Below, one piece after another: positions 60,122-64,000 of a stretch of DNA of 64,000 nucleotides; position 1 is the first letter of the stretch; each line of letters opens with the position of its first letter. The translations under genes were made by a program, and so were the position numbers. The stretch comes from an uncultured Oscillospiraceae bacterium (GTDB lineage: Bacteria; Bacillota; Clostridia; Oscillospirales; Oscillospiraceae): NCBI GenBank assembly GCA_964384255.1, contig CAYLKH010000001.1:10668-74667 (forward strand), in the 5' to 3' direction. The notes beneath the pieces are model-generated. The model was given only the letters and a program-made list of their open reading frames with translations. It was not told where the DNA came from and ran no database searches.

Positions 60122-61330
60122 ATGCTGATAAATAAAGAGGTTGCTGCCCTTTTGGATTATGCTGTCAAAACCAGAAGGGAGCTGCACAAAATACCCGAGG
60201 TGGGTTTTGAGCTTTACAAAACCCACCGGTTCGTTGTGTCCGAGCTGGAAAAGCTTAAGCCTGACGTGCTGGAAACCATGGCGGATACCGGGGTGAAGGC
60301 CGTCTGGTTTGCCCGGGAGCCTGTGGATACCATCGCTTTCCGGGCGGATATGGACGGGCTTAACGTCCTTGAACAGAACGAAACTGACTACGTTTCTTCC
60401 CATGTGGGGAAGATGCATGGCTGCGGCCACGACGGCCACATGACCATGCTGCTGATGCTGGCAAAGCTGGTGGACAGTCACCGGGATCAGCTTAAGAACA
60501 ATGTTGTGCTGCTGTTCCAGCCGGCGGAAGAAGGCTGGGGCGGCGCCGCCGCCATGATAGAAGACGGCGCGCTGGAAGATCCCCGTGTAGACCGCATTTA
60601 TGGCATCCACCTGTGGCCCACTGTCCCCAAGGGCAGGATCGGTATCCGCTGGGGATACATGATGGCCCGCAGCTGCGAATTCGATATTTATGCTCAGGGC
60701 ATCAGCGCTCACGGAGCCAGCCCCCAGATGGGGGTCGATGCCATCGTTGCGGCTGCCGAGCTGATAATCATGCTGCAAAGCGCCATAACCCGGTCGGTAG
60801 ATCCCCATCAGGACGCTTTGTTAACAATAGGCCGCGTTAATGGCGGCAGCGCAAGAAACGTTATTGCCGACCAGGTGGAAATGAATGGGACACTCAGAGT
60901 TTTTTCTTCCGAGGTTTATGACAACCTGATGGCCCGTATCCACGCCATGACCGAAGGAGTGGCCCTTGCCACGGGGGCAAGGTTCAATATTTTCGAGCGG
61001 ATGCAGTATCCCAGCGTTGAAAACCCCCGGCCCATGGTGGAAGACCTTTATACATACACCGGTATGGAGGATATTGTGCTGGTTGAGCCTGCCATGGCGG
61101 CAGAGGATTTTGCCTGTTATCAGCAGAAGGTCCCGGGGATCTTTATGTGGCTGGGTATCCAGGGTGGCAAAAATCAGCAGCCGCTTCACAACTGCCGGTT
61201 CGATTTTGACGAGGACGTTCTGCTGGTGGGGGTCGAGGTTTATAGAAGACTGCTGGGGATATGCCAGCAGGCGGACATATTTGACTGCAAATCACCGAAT
61301 GTGGCAATTGCGGACAGAACAGGCCTGTGA
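60122..61330 (+). CDS. M20D-family amidohydrolase (N-acyl-amino acid / hippurate hydrolase-like)
   Basis: FRADMDGL, HGCGHDGHMTMLL, FQPAEEGWGGA, and GISAHGASPQMGVDAI. Confidence 0.87.
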   Translation: MLINKEVAALLDYAVKTRRELHKIPEVGFELYKTHRFVVSELEKLKPDVLETMADTGVKAVWFAREPVDTIAFRADMDGLNVLEQNETDYVSSHVGKMHGCGHDGHMTMLLMLAKLVDSHRDQLKNNVVLLFQPAEEGWGGAAAMIEDGALEDPRVDRIYGIHLWPTVPKGRIGIRWGYMMARSCEFDIYAQGISAHGASPQMGVDAIVAAAELIIMLQSAITRSVDPHQDALLTIGRVNGGSARNVIADQVEMNGTLRVFSSEVYDNLMARIHAMTEGVALATGARFNIFERMQYPSVENPRPMVEDLYTYTGMEDIVLVEPAMAAEDFACYQQKVPGIFMWLGIQGGKNQQPLHNCRFDFDEDVLLVGVEVYRRLLGICQQADIFDCKSPNVAIADRTGL

Positions 61331-61368
61331 TATGCTGATATAAGTAAATACAGGAAAGGAAATGCGAA

Positions 61369-62826
61369 ATGAAAATAATCGGAATCCCTGACGAAGAATA
61401 TGTCAGAAGCCCTTATGTAAAAATGCAGCCCCATCCCGAAGGCGAAGGCGGACCTGACGGCCCCGGCGGCCCGGGAGGTCCCGGCGGCCCCGGTGGAGAA
61501 GGTGGTCCCGGCGGACCCGGCGGAGAAGGCATGATGATGGAGCAGAAGCCCACCTTTGCCTGCGTGGAGGTCATTGACGGAACCCTTCGGCCCGGTGCCG
61601 AAGAAACGAAGGCGGCTTTCCTGGGCGGCACTGTGACCGCTACCGGGGGCGATATGGTCGAGATCCTGTCCTCCAACAGCTCTGTGGGCGGAGTTTATGT
61701 TTCCGGCGAAGGCAGCGACTTTACTCTTTCAAACGCTGTTATCAGGCTTTCCGGCGAAGGTGCCGGACTTGGTGGAAAAATATCCGGCGCCAGCGTTGAG
61801 GATCATGGCGTGCTTACCCTGAAAAACTGCTTTATCAATATGGACGGCAAGCTGCGCTGCGCCACCTCCTGCGGCGGCAATTCCCTGCTTAAGGTCTATG
61901 ATTCCATGCTGGTGTCCCACGGGGATCCGTGGCCCGTAGACGTAAAAGAGGTCACGTGGGTAATGGGGCCGGGTATGGCGAAGCCCCCTGTTTTCCTCGA
62001 GATCGAGGGCAATATGCGCACCCACTGCACCGTGATGGACTCCGAAAGCTATTTCTATAATTCAACGATCATTGCCGACAGCTGGGCAGCTCTGTCTACC
62101 GATGCCGGTGGCGACAGGGTATATCTTGAAGCTAACGACTGCAAGGTGATCACTACCCGCTCCGGATACGGCACCTATGCCGACACCATGTGCCACTGCG
62201 TCCTGAACCGGTGCGACCTGGAGGTTGCCAACATGGGCGCTATCATCGCAGGCGAGGCAGATGTCAGGTTCCATGATTGCCGGGCAAAATGCGGCAGCTA
62301 TCTGGCGCTTATCCATGTGGTGGGCGGCTCCAACACTCAGGTCAGCGGCCTTGACGTGGTGGGCGGAAATATCCGCACCAGAGACTGCGCCGTTATCGTC
62401 AAGAGCGAAAACGCCGATATCCTGTTTGACGGCGCTGAGGTCAGCTCCCTGGCGGGAGTCCTTGTCCGGTCAAAGATCAACGACGACCCCATGGCCGCAA
62501 AGGTGGGCAGCGACATAGTTTATGGCATCCATGTCAAGCTGCGCAATGTGGACACCGAAAACGATATTATCCATGGGGATACCCAGCGCCGCATGGTGGT
62601 ATATTTTGAAAACTCCAGGCTCAGAGGCGCTATAACCGGCGGCGCTGTCGTCAAAATGGACGAAGGCAGCTTCTGGTTTGCCGACAGGGACTCGGATGTG
62701 GTCCTTATGGGGAACGCAGACACCCAGAATATCGATGCGCCTGCCGGAGTCACTATCTCGGCAAAGGGTGCCGCTGCCGGAGAATTTGCCCTCGCTTCCG
62801 GCGGTGTTTTGAAAGTTACAGAATAA
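61369..62826 (+). CDS. Beta-helix family protein, paralogue P4, with an N-terminal Gly/Pro cassette
   Basis: MKIIGIPDEEYVRSPYVKMQPHPEGEGGPDGPGGPGGPGGPGGEGGPGGPGGEGMMME..., then LKNCFINMDG, DSWAALSTDAGGD, ANDCKVI, LNRCDLEV, FHDCRAKCG, TRDCAVIV rungs. 38 nt after the M20 gene, so possibly co-transcribed. Confidence 0.8.
   Translation: MKIIGIPDEEYVRSPYVKMQPHPEGEGGPDGPGGPGGPGGPGGEGGPGGPGGEGMMMEQKPTFACVEVIDGTLRPGAEETKAAFLGGTVTATGGDMVEILSSNSSVGGVYVSGEGSDFTLSNAVIRLSGEGAGLGGKISGASVEDHGVLTLKNCFINMDGKLRCATSCGGNSLLKVYDSMLVSHGDPWPVDVKEVTWVMGPGMAKPPVFLEIEGNMRTHCTVMDSESYFYNSTIIADSWAALSTDAGGDRVYLEANDCKVITTRSGYGTYADTMCHCVLNRCDLEVANMGAIIAGEADVRFHDCRAKCGSYLALIHVVGGSNTQVSGLDVVGGNIRTRDCAVIVKSENADILFDGAEVSSLAGVLVRSKINDDPMAAKVGSDIVYGIHVKLRNVDTENDIIHGDTQRRMVVYFENSRLRGAITGGAVVKMDEGSFWFADRDSDVVLMGNADTQNIDAPAGVTISAKGAAAGEFALASGGVLKVTE
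61438..61540. repeat. Gly/Pro-coding tract (GGP units) in P4
   Basis: GGCGGACCTGACGGCCCCGGCGGCCCGGGAGGTCCCGGCGGCCCCGGTGGAGAAGGTGGTCCCGGCGGACCCGGCGGAGAAGGCATGATGATG. Confidence 0.85.
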
Positions 62827-62878
62827 TCAGTCTGTAAACAACGGCAGAAGGTTGCCGTAACGGAAAGGAACGGACCAC

Positions 62879-62909
62879 GGGAGCGGATGTATTTTCCGCT
62901 CCCGTTTTT
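62879..62909 (+). terminator. Intrinsic terminator after P4
   Basis: GGGAGCGGA tgtattt TCCGCTCCC followed by GTTTTT. Confidence 0.65.
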
Positions 62910-62983
62910 CAGGGGGAAAGCAAAGTTCACACAATTTTCACGGTAAAACGATAATTAGAAACAATTTACTCCCTAATACGCTA

Positions 62984-63012
62984 TTGCGAAAATTAAAAAT
63001 GCCTGATATAAT
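62984..63012 (+). promoter_or_regulatory. Candidate promoter for the 116-aa gene
   Basis: TTGCGA, 17 nt, TATAAT. The 5' UTR contains the palindrome CCGGGCCAGGCCCGG (63037-63051). Confidence 0.5.
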
Positions 63013-63092
63013 TGATTTGTTTGCCAAGTGGATCATCCGGGCCAGGCCCGGTTATAAAACATAAAATGTTAACATTTAAGGAGAAGAACAAA

Positions 63093-63443
63093 ATGGCAAA
63101 AGCAGATGTACTTTTTGACAAAACTGAGTTCATCGTCCAGATCGCCGACAAGCAGGCCATGAGCATGAGCGTTAAGGCCGAGGACATCACCTCCATTACC
63201 TTCGAACCCTGCGAATACAAAAAACTGTTTGGCCTGAGCAAAGGCGTTACCGAACACATCGTTATCAAAACCAAAAGAATGCCCATCATGATCGACAAGA
63301 TCGCTGTGGAAAAGAAAAAGGCCGGCAACTGGGACAACATCAAATCCCAGATGGAAACCTTTGCCAAGAACAACAAGCTGTCTGTCTACCACGAAACTGA
63401 GGTCTGGAAGCTTCCTTCTCTGGGCAGCGACGGCATGGAATAA
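63093..63443 (+). CDS. Hypothetical 116-aa protein
   Basis: MAKADVLFDKTEFIVQIADKQ... AAGGAGA RBS 7 nt upstream; the ORF track start at 63012 is unlikely. Lower GC than its surroundings. No motif recognised. Confidence 0.55.
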   Translation: MAKADVLFDKTEFIVQIADKQAMSMSVKAEDITSITFEPCEYKKLFGLSKGVTEHIVIKTKRMPIMIDKIAVEKKKAGNWDNIKSQMETFAKNNKLSVYHETEVWKLPSLGSDGME

Positions 63444-63468
63444 TCGTCATCACTCAGCATAACAGGCA

Positions 63469-63496
63469 TCCCGGCAGAGCATCGGCTCTGCCGGGA
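63469..63496 (+). terminator. Intrinsic terminator
   Basis: TCCCGGCAGAGC atcg GCTCTGCCGGGA followed by ACTTGTTTTGTT. Confidence 0.6.
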
Positions 63497-63640
63497 ACTT
63501 GTTTTGTTGGGGCGGCTGTTTAATATTTGCCTGAACCGGCATATCTTCCAAACGGTAGGAATCCCCCCTTGATATGCAGCGGGATATTGAGTATAATTGA
63601 ACCGGAAAATTGTGATCTTTTCACAGCGGGGGATGGTTAT

Positions 63641-64000
63641 ATGCTTAATAACGGACCGGTTATTGACGAACCTTTGCAGGCAGTATTCAACAGCGCGCTG
63701 ACGGCTGATAGCAGGGAAGCTGTGGTCAAAAGCTTCTATGACCTGACCGGTATGCCCGCTGTTGTGGTGGATATGGCAAACCATGTTGCGGTTGCCTCCG
63801 GGAACGGGGAATGCGATTTCGGAACGATCGAAGATGAGCTTAGCAAGGCCGAATTGCCGCCGGATGTTTCGGGATGCCCCATCTCTCAGCCGGTGGTGAT
63901 CACCGCCGGTGGAGAAAACTCGTGGGCGCTGTGGGCCATTTATGACGGCTACCAATGCCTGATGAAGCTGGCTGTATGCGTTGGCCATGAGCCTGACCGC
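63641..64000 (+). CDS. Hypothetical protein, N-terminal 120 codons only (runs off the right edge)
   Basis: ATG 63641 after GGGGGATGG. The open frame MLNNGPVIDEPLQAVFNSALTADSREAVVKSFYDLTGMPAVVVD... continues to the window end. Absent from the ORF track because it is truncated. Confidence 0.4.
   Translation, partial: MLNNGPVIDEPLQAVFNSALTADSREAVVKSFYDLTGMPAVVVDMANHVAVASGNGECDFGTIEDELSKAELPPDVSGCPISQPVVITAGGENSWALWAIYDGYQCLMKLAVCVGHEPDR

Noticed and set aside
1-64000. A genomic island, prophage or ICE spanning the accessory-looking 46-63 kb region.
   Set aside because: There are no integrase, recombinase, transposase, tRNA attachment site, direct-repeat boundaries or phage or conjugation genes. 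GC content and RBS style look uniform with the housekeeping part of the window.

Overview
This is a 64-kb chromosomal window of roughly 55-58% GC (by eye). Gene content and GGAGG-type ribosome-binding sites point to a Gram-positive anaerobe, probably a Clostridia/Oscillospiraceae-like gut bacterium, but that is inference only. I call about 57 protein genes. I saw no rRNA, tRNA, CRISPR array, transposase, integrase or phage genes.

Recognisable content, left to right:
- a truncated sugar-type ABC binding lipoprotein
- a TctBAC tripartite tricarboxylate transporter next to an OYE/enoate-reductase-like flavoenzyme
- AlaX-L, mnmA, acpP and rlmH
- two tandem CNNM/CorB-type proteins
- an 8-gene minus-strand operon behind a riboswitch-like leader: metallophosphoesterase-MobB fusion, SAM methyltransferase, FmdE-like protein, FecCD/BtuCD-type ABC importer, THEP1-like NTPase, Isf-like Fe-S flavoprotein
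- a CYTH protein and murA
- a GATase/MBL/mntP/cupin operon
- a galE / phosphoglycosyl transferase / Wzy_C / circularly permuted ATP-grasp / transglutaminase-like cluster
- four MATE transporters and a CoA-transferase
- GntR, SARP-like and MerR-like regulators
- rubrerythrin, a Noc-like ParB, a domain-permuted GH3, a COG2509 FAD protein and an M20 amidohydrolase

Four things deserve a second look:
1. A dispersed paralogous family of beta-helix proteins without signal peptides. Several members, plus one unrelated small protein, carry Met/Gly/Pro cassettes ((GGP)n, GGPGGPGGGMP, DMGGMP) encoded by in-frame tandem DNA repeats. Three members sit within 15 kb among unusual regulators.
2. Two families of intergenic repeats. 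One is a MITE/BIME-like element with telomere-like TTAGGG/CCCTAA inverted arms and a shared core. The other is a conserved 15-bp-stem hairpin, GTGTCAAAATAGTCC. Both repeatedly supply stop codons or sit in 5' UTRs.
3. A riboswitch-like leader, possibly Moco/Tuco type, controlling a type-II ABC importer operon.
4. A tightly coupled operon joining a phosphoglycosyl transferase and a Wzy_C protein to a permuted ATP-grasp enzyme and a Cys-to-Ser transglutaminase-like protein.

All calls come from reading translations and motifs by eye. No database search was run.
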